A stretch of DNA of 64,000 bases from Phormidesmis sp. (lineage in GTDB: Bacteria > Cyanobacteriota > Cyanobacteriia > Leptolyngbyales > Leptolyngbyaceae). Below the pieces are notes generated by a model. The model worked only from the letters and a program-made list of their open reading frames with translations, made no database searches and was not told the DNA's origin. This document shows positions 17,287-26,152 of this stretch, in pieces (positions within the stretch are counted from its first letter, which is position 1; every line of letters begins with the position of its first letter). The position numbers were made by a program, and so were the translations under genes. The stretch covers positions 448,001 to 512,000 of the forward strand of contig CBDFJR010000005.1 of NCBI GenBank assembly GCA_965248535.1, written 5' to 3'.

Positions 17287-18786
17287 ATGACTTCATTAGT
17301 CGTTCCAGAGATGTCTCTCTATGAATTAGCGGCTAACTCTGAGCAAACCCCCTTTGCTCTCCAAGTTAGCCCCGCTACCTTCAAGTCGATGGTGGGCAAC
17401 CTGCTCGATCTATTGATTGAGCAGCAAATTTCTGCTGCCGTTTGGTCAAAGATGCCGCGGGGTGACGTTTGGCAGACTGCCCTCGATCGCTACTGCGGGC
17501 TTGCTGATCTCCCTCAGGCAGTTTATCTATTAAAAAATCAGCGAGAGGAAATCTCGGATGACAATGGTGGTCAGGCAGACGAACAGAGCCATCCTTGTCT
17601 TGCCAATCATCTCTTTTTGACATCTATCTTGCTTGCGCCTGACAGTCAGCTTAGGCGTGAGTATTTTTTGCTAATTTGGTCAGAGCAGTTTTGTTGCCTG
17701 CTGATGGCTCATCGCGCTAGATTTCCTCAAACGCCGATCGAGCCACCCACCCTAGACGGTGGGCAAGAAGAGTCTCCCGACAAGAAACAATCGTTAAGTG
17801 TGCTGTTCTCATTAGATCAAGGAATGATTCAGCAGTTTCTCGGTCAGTTAAACCGAGAGTTGCCGCTGGCAGACGCTTCTAGGTGTGACATGCAGGCTCC
17901 GTGGGCAACGTTGATCGATCACGTTCAGTCCTCACCTTTGGATGCGAGGTTGATTGGGCAGATTTTCACCAAACAAATCCAGCGTCAAGAAGAACTCTGG
18001 CAGCGATCGACTACTTATCGCAAACAGGCAGAGCTTGCATCGCTACTGCAAATTCAAAACGAGGAGCTGTTGACCGCCATTCGGTTAAAAGATGAGTTTC
18101 TCAATAACGTAGGCCAAGAGTTGAGAACGCCGTTGACCAATATGAAGACGGCTATGACCTTGCTCAACTCGCCCAATCTCAAGGCCCCGCAGAAGCAGCG
18201 ATATATGGATCTGCTGGTGAAAGAGTGCGATCGCCAAAGCTCTCTGATCACAAGTCTGTTAAATCTGGTGAGCCTCGACCAATTAGCCGACCAAACCACG
18301 ATTCAGTCACTGCGGTTGAGCGATGTTGTGCCTGGCGTTGTCAGCACCTATCAGCCTCTAGCCGAAGAAAAAGGTGTCAGACTGGCTTACACGGTGCCAG
18401 AAGGCTTGCCGCCCGTTGCCTGTCTTAATATGTGGCTCAAACAGATTGTGATTAATCTGCTGCACAACGGGGTCAAGTTTACGCCTAGGGGTGGGCAAGT
18501 CTGGGTGCGGGCAAAACAGCAGGGCGACTATGTGCAGCTTGAGTTTCGCGATACGGGGATTGGCATTGCGCCGAGTGAAATTCCTAAAATCTTCGATCGC
18601 TTCTACCGGGTGCGTCAAGCGATCGACCAAGATACGGGGGGATCGGGGTTGGGGTTGACGATCGTGCAGCAACTCCTACTGCACTGTGGCGGCTCAATCT
18701 CGGTAAAAAGTCGCCTCGGTGAAGGATCTACTTTTACTGTTTTGCTGCCGATCTATCAGACAGAGGTAGAGAAAGAAGAAATCTAA
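17287..18786 (+). CDS. DICT-like sensory domain histidine kinase-like protein (H-box His replaced by Gln)
   Basis: DICT-like LRREYFLLIWS motif, HisKA DEFLNNVGQELRTPL, HATPase NLLHNGVKF / DTGIGI / GGSGLGL. Confidence 0.85.
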   Translation: MTSLVVPEMSLYELAANSEQTPFALQVSPATFKSMVGNLLDLLIEQQISAAVWSKMPRGDVWQTALDRYCGLADLPQAVYLLKNQREEISDDNGGQADEQSHPCLANHLFLTSILLAPDSQLRREYFLLIWSEQFCCLLMAHRARFPQTPIEPPTLDGGQEESPDKKQSLSVLFSLDQGMIQQFLGQLNRELPLADASRCDMQAPWATLIDHVQSSPLDARLIGQIFTKQIQRQEELWQRSTTYRKQAELASLLQIQNEELLTAIRLKDEFLNNVGQELRTPLTNMKTAMTLLNSPNLKAPQKQRYMDLLVKECDRQSSLITSLLNLVSLDQLADQTTIQSLRLSDVVPGVVSTYQPLAEEKGVRLAYTVPEGLPPVACLNMWLKQIVINLLHNGVKFTPRGGQVWVRAKQQGDYVQLEFRDTGIGIAPSEIPKIFDRFYRVRQAIDQDTGGSGLGLTIVQQLLLHCGGSISVKSRLGEGSTFTVLLPIYQTEVEKEEI

Positions 18787-18874
18787 AGGGGTTTGAGGTT
18801 TGAATTGAGTCCGGTGGTTGAGAAGAGTGAGACTATTGAAAGGTGGACTCCGTGACTCAACCCTGATTATTTCT

Positions 18875-19351
18875 ATGGCGATCTCGATCACTCTTCGTGC
18901 CGACCAAATTAATGGATTAGACCTTGCTCCAGCGATCGGGGTGATCAATCCCCTGCTGTTAGAGATTTTGTCCTATGAGCAGCAGCTTCAATTTACGATC
19001 GACTACCCGATCGATCCCAATGACCCCAGAGAGTTGTCAGAGATTCCAGAAGTGCGGTTGTGGTTTATTCGCTGTGATGCGCTCTATCCTTGGTTGCCTT
19101 TCTTGATCGATTGGAAGGCTGGAGAGTTGGGTCGCTATACGGCGATGCTCGTGCCCCATCAGTTTCACCCCAAAGAGGGCATTCAATACAATCCAGAAGC
19201 GCTAGAGATTTTTGTGATGAGCAAGACGTTTGTGCTGATGAATTGGCTCAAACAACAGGGCATTGAGAGCCGATCGCGCCTCAAGTCTATGACCCAGATG
19301 TTGGGCTATGAGCTAGATGACGCATTTTTTGACCTGCTAATCGAGACTTAA
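18875..19351 (+). CDS. CRR6 family NDH-1 (NdhI) maturation factor
   Basis: DPRELSEIPEVRLWFIR..YPWLP, AMLVPHQF..EGIQYNPEALEIF. Confidence 0.85.
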   Translation: MAISITLRADQINGLDLAPAIGVINPLLLEILSYEQQLQFTIDYPIDPNDPRELSEIPEVRLWFIRCDALYPWLPFLIDWKAGELGRYTAMLVPHQFHPKEGIQYNPEALEIFVMSKTFVLMNWLKQQGIESRSRLKSMTQMLGYELDDAFFDLLIET

Positions 19352-19619
19352 TATTGGCGTGGGGAGTTTTAGAAGGCCTTCTCTAGGCTGAGTTTTAACG
19401 ACTCTGGCGACGTGAAGCTGAGGATTAGGCAGTGCTGGCAGGTTTCCTCATCATCGACCAATCAACTCCGAGCTTTTTCACCGAGTTGCTTGCATCAGAT
19501 TGAACCAGATTTGCAAGCTCACAACAACACGTCTAGAACATTACCCTTACATAGTCGTGCGACTCCCCGATCGCTAATGGTAAAGTCACTATCGGAGAGT
19601 TATTTAAGGATTTTGACTG

Positions 19620-20666
19620 ATGAAAGCACAGGTGTTTAGGGGTGTTGACCACCTAAGTTATGAAGAGGTGCCGCTGCCAGAGATCGGGGCGGATGAGGTC
19701 TTGGTGCAGGTGCAGGTTGTGGGCTTGTGTCAGTCGGATATTAAAAAAATTAAATATCCCCTCTATGAGCCACCGCGCATTTTTGGACACGAGACAGCGG
19801 GCACGATCGCCGCCATCGGGTCTGATGTGCAAAACTGGCAAACGGGCGATCGGGTCGTCGTGCTGCATCACATTCCCTGTATGCACTGCGCCTACTGCCT
19901 CAACGAAAATTTCTCAATGTGCGAAGTCTATAAAACCATCACCACCACTGCCGGGTTTGCGCCCAGTGGCGGCGGCTTTGCTGAGTTTGTCAAAGTTCCG
20001 GGTCACATCGTTCGCAATGGCGGATTGATGATCATTCCCGATGAAGTGACCTTTGAGCAAGCCAGCTTTGTTGAGCCGACCAACTGTTGTCTAAAGGCCG
20101 TCAAAAAAGCGCAAATCGCTCCGGGGCAGACCGTTTTGGTGACGGGGGCAGGCCCGATCGGGCTGATGTTTATCATGCTGGTCAAATATTTTGGAGCGCG
20201 GGCTATCTCTACCGATCTGATGCCCTCTCGGATGGAAAAAGCCCTCAGCGTCGGAGCCGATGCCGCCTTTGACGCTCGTGACCCCGATCTGATTAACAAA
20301 ATTCAGGCGCTCACCCAGGGCATGGGCGTAGATGTGAGTTTGCTGGCGGTTCCCAGTGACAAAGCTTTTTTTCAAGCGTTGGACTGCACCCGCAAAGGCG
20401 GCAAGATTCTCTTTTTTGCTGAGTTTCCCGATGAGTTAGAAATTCCGATCAATCCCAATATTTTATATCGACGAGAAATTGATTTGATGGGCAGCTATAG
20501 CTCGTCTTATCGAGTCCAGTCCCTCGCCGCAGACATCGTGTTTAATCGGCGGATTGATGTGGATGCGTTGATCAGCGATCGCTACCCGCTTAAAGATTTG
20601 GCGATGGCGGTCGATCGCGCTACTACCCCAACCGCAGACACCTACAAAATTCTGATTTTCCCCTAA
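19620..20666 (+). CDS. Zinc-dependent medium-chain dehydrogenase (sorbitol/threonine DH-like)
   Basis: GLCQSD, GHE, CxxCxxC Zn site, GAGPIG Rossmann motif. Confidence 0.9.
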   Translation: MKAQVFRGVDHLSYEEVPLPEIGADEVLVQVQVVGLCQSDIKKIKYPLYEPPRIFGHETAGTIAAIGSDVQNWQTGDRVVVLHHIPCMHCAYCLNENFSMCEVYKTITTTAGFAPSGGGFAEFVKVPGHIVRNGGLMIIPDEVTFEQASFVEPTNCCLKAVKKAQIAPGQTVLVTGAGPIGLMFIMLVKYFGARAISTDLMPSRMEKALSVGADAAFDARDPDLINKIQALTQGMGVDVSLLAVPSDKAFFQALDCTRKGGKILFFAEFPDELEIPINPNILYRREIDLMGSYSSSYRVQSLAADIVFNRRIDVDALISDRYPLKDLAMAVDRATTPTADTYKILIFP

Positions 20667-20768
20667 CGGTGCCCTAGTTAGGTCACTGCTGTAAACTGTT
20701 TGGGTCAGGCTCCCGATTCAGGACTGCCGACTCAAGCCTTTTTATAAAGTCTCACCGAAGGATTTTTT

Positions 20769-21137
20769 GTGACCTTTCAAGAGTTTGCTTTCTTTTTGAT
20801 GTCGATCGCCGCAGGCACAGGCGGCCAGTTTTTCTTAAAGTTAGGAGCGCAAAAGCTAGGGCGGGTCAGTTCAGGAAACTTTCTGAGCCATGTCCTTAGC
20901 ATTGCCACAACGCCTGAACTTTTGATCGGGCTGGTTTTTTATGCGATGGGCGCAGTTCTCTATATCTTGCTGCTGACTCGCGTAAAACTGAGCGTTTTGG
21001 GCCCGGCGGTGGCATTACAGTACATCTTCGCCGTTTTGATGGGCAAATTTATTTTTGGCGAATCCGTTCCGCTGACTCGTATTGCAGGAATGGGGCTGAT
21101 TATTTGTGGAGTAGTGCTCTTGATCTCGCGAGATTAA
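20769..21137 (+). CDS. Small EamA/SMR-like membrane protein (ArnE/F-like)
   Basis: Four TM segments, 122 aa, GQFFLKLG ... FGESV...G..LI..GV. Confidence 0.8.
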   Translation: MTFQEFAFFLMSIAAGTGGQFFLKLGAQKLGRVSSGNFLSHVLSIATTPELLIGLVFYAMGAVLYILLLTRVKLSVLGPAVALQYIFAVLMGKFIFGESVPLTRIAGMGLIICGVVLLISRD

Positions 21138-21164
21138 GGCAGGGGTTGGCTTTCTCACCCTCGT

Positions 21165-22238
21165 TCACAGATATTGGTTGAGAATTGCAGCCGTTGCGTC
21201 TGCGGTTTTTGCCCAACTAAACAGACGCGATCGCTCAAGACCGAGTTGACACAGGTGATTTCTCAAGGTTGAGTCGCTGCTGATTTGGCCCATGGCATCG
21301 GCGATCGCGCCCACATTATAGGGATCGACCAACAGCGCTGCTTGCCCCGCCACCTCTGGCATCGACGACAAATTAGAGGTGATCACCGGAGTTCCGCAGG
21401 CCATCGCTTCTAAAACAGGCAACCCAAACCCTTCCCACAGACTCGGAAATACGAGGGCGATCGCCTGATTTAACAAAACGGGCAACTCCTCATAAGCAAC
21501 GTAGCTCAAAAACTTGACCTGCTGACTCAAACCCAACTCTGCAACCTGATTAATCAAGATCGGCGTATAGCGGCGATCGGCTGATCCTGCAATCCAAAGC
21601 TCATAGTTAGCGCGATCGGGCAATTTTGCAAAAGCTGCGATCACTCGCTGCAAGTTTTTATAAGGATCATGGCGACCGACATATAAAAAATAATTGCGAG
21701 TTGGCAAATTCAAACAGCGAAAATTATCTGCATCATAAGCCAAAGGAACAACGGTCATTTTCTTAACAGGAATTCCAAAGAAACGTGTGGCATCTTTTGC
21801 CGTCGCTTCAGAATCACAAATAATCTGTTCGGCTTGCGATAAAACTTGAGGAACGTAATAGTTGAAATAGGGGGTGAGCGGCGAAAAAATTCTTGAAAAC
21901 CGCAGCGGAATTAGATCATGTAATGTGACGATATGGCGAAGTTTAGTAAACAAAGGCGCTTCAGGAATCGGAGAAAACAACAGACTCCCCTTAAGCTTTT
22001 TAGACAGGTTTGGTAGCTTAAACTGAGTCCACAAAAGACGTGAAAGATGACCTCGGCTGCCCCGATCGGGGGTCAAATTATCAGGAATCAAGCAACAGCG
22101 TTGATCAGAAAAATCTCGCGGAGTTAGCAATATCGGGTCGAGACTTCTCAAGCCAGACAGCAAATTGTTGGCATAGACCGTGTGACCTGTGGGTTTATCG
22201 GCTAAAAAAGACAGGTTGATAAGTAGCTGATCAAACAC
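21165..22238 (-). CDS. GT4 family glycosyltransferase (MtfB/WbpY-like)
   Basis: [25 protein letters not shown]. Confidence 0.92.
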   Translation of the reverse strand: MFDQLLINLSFLADKPTGHTVYANNLLSGLRSLDPILLTPRDFSDQRCCLIPDNLTPDRGSRGHLSRLLWTQFKLPNLSKKLKGSLLFSPIPEAPLFTKLRHIVTLHDLIPLRFSRIFSPLTPYFNYYVPQVLSQAEQIICDSEATAKDATRFFGIPVKKMTVVPLAYDADNFRCLNLPTRNYFLYVGRHDPYKNLQRVIAAFAKLPDRANYELWIAGSADRRYTPILINQVAELGLSQQVKFLSYVAYEELPVLLNQAIALVFPSLWEGFGLPVLEAMACGTPVITSNLSSMPEVAGQAALLVDPYNVGAIADAMGQISSDSTLRNHLCQLGLERSRLFSWAKTADATAAILNQYL

Positions 22239-22250
22239 GGCCTGAGCAAT

Positions 22251-23405
22251 TTACGACATTAGCAGTTTATAAGCTTTTAGGGTTTCTCTCGCAGTTTTCT
22301 CCCAAGAATAATGGGTTGCCCGCGCTCGTCCTTTTTGAATTAACTCCTGTCGCAGGTGAGCATCGCTGACCACTCGTAAAATCGTTTCTGCCAAATCAAT
22401 CACATCATTTGGGTCAAAAAACAGTGCAGCATCGCCCGCCACTTCGGGGAGTGAAGAGGCGTTTGCGGCAACTACAGGTGCGCCTAGAGTCATGGCTTCC
22501 AAGACGGGCAACCCAAACCCTTCATAGTGAGAGGGATAAACAAAAACATCGGCTTTAGAATAGAACAAAGCCACTAGCTGATCAGAGAGATAGCTGAGAT
22601 GATGAATTGATTTTTGGTAGGGCGATCGGGCAATTCGCTCAAAGATTGGTTCATAGAGCCATCCTTTTTGGCCGATTAAGATCAAGTCATGATCAAGGCG
22701 ATATTTTTGCTTTAAATAATCAAACGCTTCTATGAGATTAATAATATTTTTGCGTGGCTCGATCGTGCTCACAAATAAAATGTAAGGCTTTGAAAAATCG
22801 TAATGGATAGATGCTTCTCTAGCGCAATCAAAACTAAGCGCATTAGCATGATATCGACTAGCCAAAGGAGTCACCCAAACCCGATCGGGCTGCACGCCTA
22901 AATAATGAACAATATCGTTCTTAGAACTCTGCGAAATCGTCAAGATTAAATCTGTCCACTGAAGACATTTTTTAACGCGATCCGCATAGGCGCTAACCGT
23001 CGAATTAGTGTATTGAGGATAGCGAATAAACGTCAAATCGTAGAGGGTCATCACCCGACGACTGTGCCGAAACGGAAAAACCGTGTAATTGGTTCCATGC
23101 ACAATATCGGGAGCGCCAAAACAGCCTTCTAAACCAGGCGTAAACAAGCCAGGAAACCGCACTAAAAAATTGGTCAACCTGACCGGAAGCGGAAATAACC
23201 GTAGGTTTGAGTAGCCTCTCAGATGGTTTGGAACCGCCCGATCGCCCTTTAACCAGTTTTTTAACCCCGGTTGATAAACCACCTCTAACTCAAAGGCTTC
23301 TTGAGACTTGAGGCCCTCTAACGCCTGAATTAAACTTGCCACATACCAGCCAATGCCGCTGGGTTTGGGCAGCAAAGGCGTTGCATCGATCGCAATCTTC
23401 ATCAC
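22251..23405 (-). CDS. GT4 family glycosyltransferase (MtfB/WbpX-like)
   Basis: [22 protein letters not shown]. Confidence 0.92.
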   Translation of the reverse strand: MMKIAIDATPLLPKPSGIGWYVASLIQALEGLKSQEAFELEVVYQPGLKNWLKGDRAVPNHLRGYSNLRLFPLPVRLTNFLVRFPGLFTPGLEGCFGAPDIVHGTNYTVFPFRHSRRVMTLYDLTFIRYPQYTNSTVSAYADRVKKCLQWTDLILTISQSSKNDIVHYLGVQPDRVWVTPLASRYHANALSFDCAREASIHYDFSKPYILFVSTIEPRKNIINLIEAFDYLKQKYRLDHDLILIGQKGWLYEPIFERIARSPYQKSIHHLSYLSDQLVALFYSKADVFVYPSHYEGFGLPVLEAMTLGAPVVAANASSLPEVAGDAALFFDPNDVIDLAETILRVVSDAHLRQELIQKGRARATHYSWEKTARETLKAYKLLMS

Positions 23406-23434
23406 TCAAAAAACGTTGTGCTCAAGTCACCAGT

Positions 23435-24403
23435 TTAGGCTTTGCGGTCTGTCAAGTCTTTTAAATCGTGATCAACCATTAATTCCACCAACTGCTCAAA
23501 GGGATATTGTGGCTGCCAGCTTAACTGCTGCCGAATTTTAGCGATCGAGCCGACCAGTTGCACGGCTTCGTCGGGTCTATAAAAAGATGGGTCAACCGAA
23601 ACATAGTCTTGCCAGCGCAGCCCAACACACCTAAACGCACACTCTACAAGCTCCTTAACCGAGTGCGTTTCACCACTGGCAATGATGTAATCGTCAGGCT
23701 GATCTTGTTGCAGCATCAGCCACATGGCGTTGACCGCATCTTTGGCATAGCACCAATCTCGCCGCGCCTCTAAATTGCCCAGCTTTAGCTCACTCGCCAG
23801 CCCTAGCTTAATGCGGGCGGCTCCCTGGGTGATCTTGCGAAACACAAACTCTGTGCCGCGGCGAGGCGACTCGTGGGTGTAGGTCACCCCACAGCACGTA
23901 TACAATCCGTATTGCTGGCGGTAGTTGATGGTCATCCAGTGAGCATAGGCTTTAGCAACTCCGTAGGGGTTGCGCGGCCGAAATGCCGTGCGCTCGGTTT
24001 GGGGAGACTCATCCGGCTGACCAAACACCTCACTGCTCGAAGCCTGATAAAACCGTGAGCTAGGGTGACAGCGCCGAATCGACTCTAACAGTCGAGAAAC
24101 CCCTAAGGCGGTATATTCTGCCGTCAGCGCGGGCTGAGTCCACGAGATGGGCACATAGCTTTGAGAAGCCAGATTGTAAATTTCGTCTGGCTGAGACTGC
24201 TCGATCGCATCCATCAGCGAACATTGATCAAGCAGATCCCCAGAGAGAATGGTGACTTCGCCGGAGAGGTGACGAATGCGATCGACCTTCCCAGAGCTAG
24301 AGCGACGCACTAGACCAAAAACCTGATAGTCTTTGCTCAAGAGCAGTTCAGCAAGATAGGAACCGTCTTGTCCGGTGAGTCCTGTGATAAGAGCTTTTTT
24401 CAT
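23435..24403 (-). CDS. gmd: GDP-mannose 4,6-dehydratase
   Basis: ALITGLTGQDGSYLAE, YQASSSE, PYGVAK, HESPRRG, LGNL..RDW. Confidence 0.9.
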   Translation of the reverse strand: MKKALITGLTGQDGSYLAELLLSKDYQVFGLVRRSSSGKVDRIRHLSGEVTILSGDLLDQCSLMDAIEQSQPDEIYNLASQSYVPISWTQPALTAEYTALGVSRLLESIRRCHPSSRFYQASSSEVFGQPDESPQTERTAFRPRNPYGVAKAYAHWMTINYRQQYGLYTCCGVTYTHESPRRGTEFVFRKITQGAARIKLGLASELKLGNLEARRDWCYAKDAVNAMWLMLQQDQPDDYIIASGETHSVKELVECAFRCVGLRWQDYVSVDPSFYRPDEAVQLVGSIAKIRQQLSWQPQYPFEQLVELMVDHDLKDLTDRKA

Positions 24404-24449
24404 GGGTATCGGTGAGCCTTAAGTTGACTTCTTTCAGGTTGCCAGGTTC

Positions 24450-26129
24450 TTAACTTCTTTGGTTCCCTAAAACAGATTTCAGGCTTGCGGAACTGGTTTC
24501 AGCAAAGTTTTTAGCATTTCGACCTAGGGCCGCCAAAATCGACGGCTCGTTGCTGAGATATTGAAGACAGACCTCGGCTTCTACTTCGTCCGCATAAAAT
24601 AACCCGCACTGCCCCTCTCGACATAGGGCAACTAACGCCGTGTTGCGTTCGGGAACGAGAAGCGGCACCCCACGCTTAAGCGCTTCTTGCACATCTTGCT
24701 CATAGCCATCATCGTCTACAATCCATAAAATCTTTGCCGAGTGCCAGTCTTGGGGGCTAACCCAATCACTCATCACAAATCGATAGGGGCTAACAGACTC
24801 GTGACGGTTGAGGTGAGAGATGGCTCGAACACACGTCAGCGAGAGACAAACTCCACTGCAAAGGACAATCTGTGGCGAGGTCTGAGGAGTCATCGCTTGG
24901 TCGTAAACGGCACCGACACGATCGACATAACCATAGAGCGTATCATGCTCAATTTGTTGATAGGCTGCCTGCCCCATGATCGCCAAGCGATCGCGCTTGA
25001 GAGCCATTTCCACCATCTTGTCAGCCAGCATCTGAGCATTGCCAGATTCAAATAGGTGTCCTGTGATTCCTTCGACCACAAGGTTCAAGTTTCCTCCGAT
25101 CGCCGAAGCCAAAATGGGAATCCGGGCGGCCATCGCTTCCAAGATGGTCACGGGTTCATTTTCTGGCCAGATAGACGGGTTGATCAAGACATCTGTTGCC
25201 TGATAGACCGTTTCAATGCGATCGTGATCAACTCTTCCCCAGAGTTTCACAGCAGACGCAACCTGATTTTCTTCAACAAACGCTGTCAAGGCATCGGCCA
25301 GACTGCCGATGCCTACAATATTAACGGTGCAGAGTTTTCCCAAATAATCTTGCTCTAAAAGCCGTTTCATCGCTTCAAGCAGAACGTAGACCCCTTTATG
25401 AGAACCTAGGTGCCCAATGAACGTGAACCGAACAGGGCCCGCAGGCTGCTTTTGTTGGATCTTAGAAAATCGCTCAACGTCTACCCCATAGGAAATGACG
25501 CTGATTTTTTCTGAAGGAATGCCAGCCTTGATGTAGGCAGAGGCTAAATACAAACTGGGCGAGATGAATTGGTCGATTTTACTGAGTTGAAGAGCAATGT
25601 AGTCTTTGCGTAAGCGGATATGAATTCTGCGGCTGTGACTGCCCATCAATTCTGGTAGACATTCGTCGCACTTTGAGAAGTCTGCACAGATTTGATCAGG
25701 TGTCTTGAGTAGCGTGTTTCTAAAGCAAAACCCCCAGTGATCGTGCAGCGTCAAGACAGTTTTAATGCCCCGATCGTGCGATCGGGCAATCATTCCCAAC
25801 GACAGCCCGGTGATGTTGTGAAAGTGAACTACATCGGGCTGCACTTTTTCGAGCACCGTGTCAAACAGGTGATCAACGGCAGGGTTGTGAAAGTTTTGAC
25901 CTGTCTGATAGTCTTCTGCATATAAACTGACTCGAAAAACATCTAGCCCTTCATAGACTTCTTGCCTCAGCGAATAGCGAGGCTGCATCTCATCGTGCTT
26001 GCCACAAAAGACCGTGACTTTATAGCCTGCTCTCTTAAGGTGACACGCTTGCTCGTGAGCAATGATCTCAGCCCCGCCCACAAAGAAAGGGGGATAGAAG
26101 TTACTGCCAATTAATATTTTTTTTACCAT
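24450..26129 (-). CDS. GT4 glycosyltransferase with C-terminal degenerate GT-like extension
   Basis: YPP..VGGAE, TLHDHW, PSIWPENEP..ILEAMA. Confidence 0.88.
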   Translation of the reverse strand: MVKKILIGSNFYPPFFVGGAEIIAHEQACHLKRAGYKVTVFCGKHDEMQPRYSLRQEVYEGLDVFRVSLYAEDYQTGQNFHNPAVDHLFDTVLEKVQPDVVHFHNITGLSLGMIARSHDRGIKTVLTLHDHWGFCFRNTLLKTPDQICADFSKCDECLPELMGSHSRRIHIRLRKDYIALQLSKIDQFISPSLYLASAYIKAGIPSEKISVISYGVDVERFSKIQQKQPAGPVRFTFIGHLGSHKGVYVLLEAMKRLLEQDYLGKLCTVNIVGIGSLADALTAFVEENQVASAVKLWGRVDHDRIETVYQATDVLINPSIWPENEPVTILEAMAARIPILASAIGGNLNLVVEGITGHLFESGNAQMLADKMVEMALKRDRLAIMGQAAYQQIEHDTLYGYVDRVGAVYDQAMTPQTSPQIVLCSGVCLSLTCVRAISHLNRHESVSPYRFVMSDWVSPQDWHSAKILWIVDDDGYEQDVQEALKRGVPLLVPERNTALVALCREGQCGLFYADEVEAEVCLQYLSNEPSILAALGRNAKNFAETSSASLKSVLGNQRS

Positions 26130-26152
26130 AGAGACTCAGAGGGTCACCAAGA

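Noticed and set aside
6146..18786. Asn-receiver and Gln-kinase as a cognate pseudo two-component pair
   Set aside because: They are 11 kb apart with unrelated genes between them, and nothing in the sequence links them
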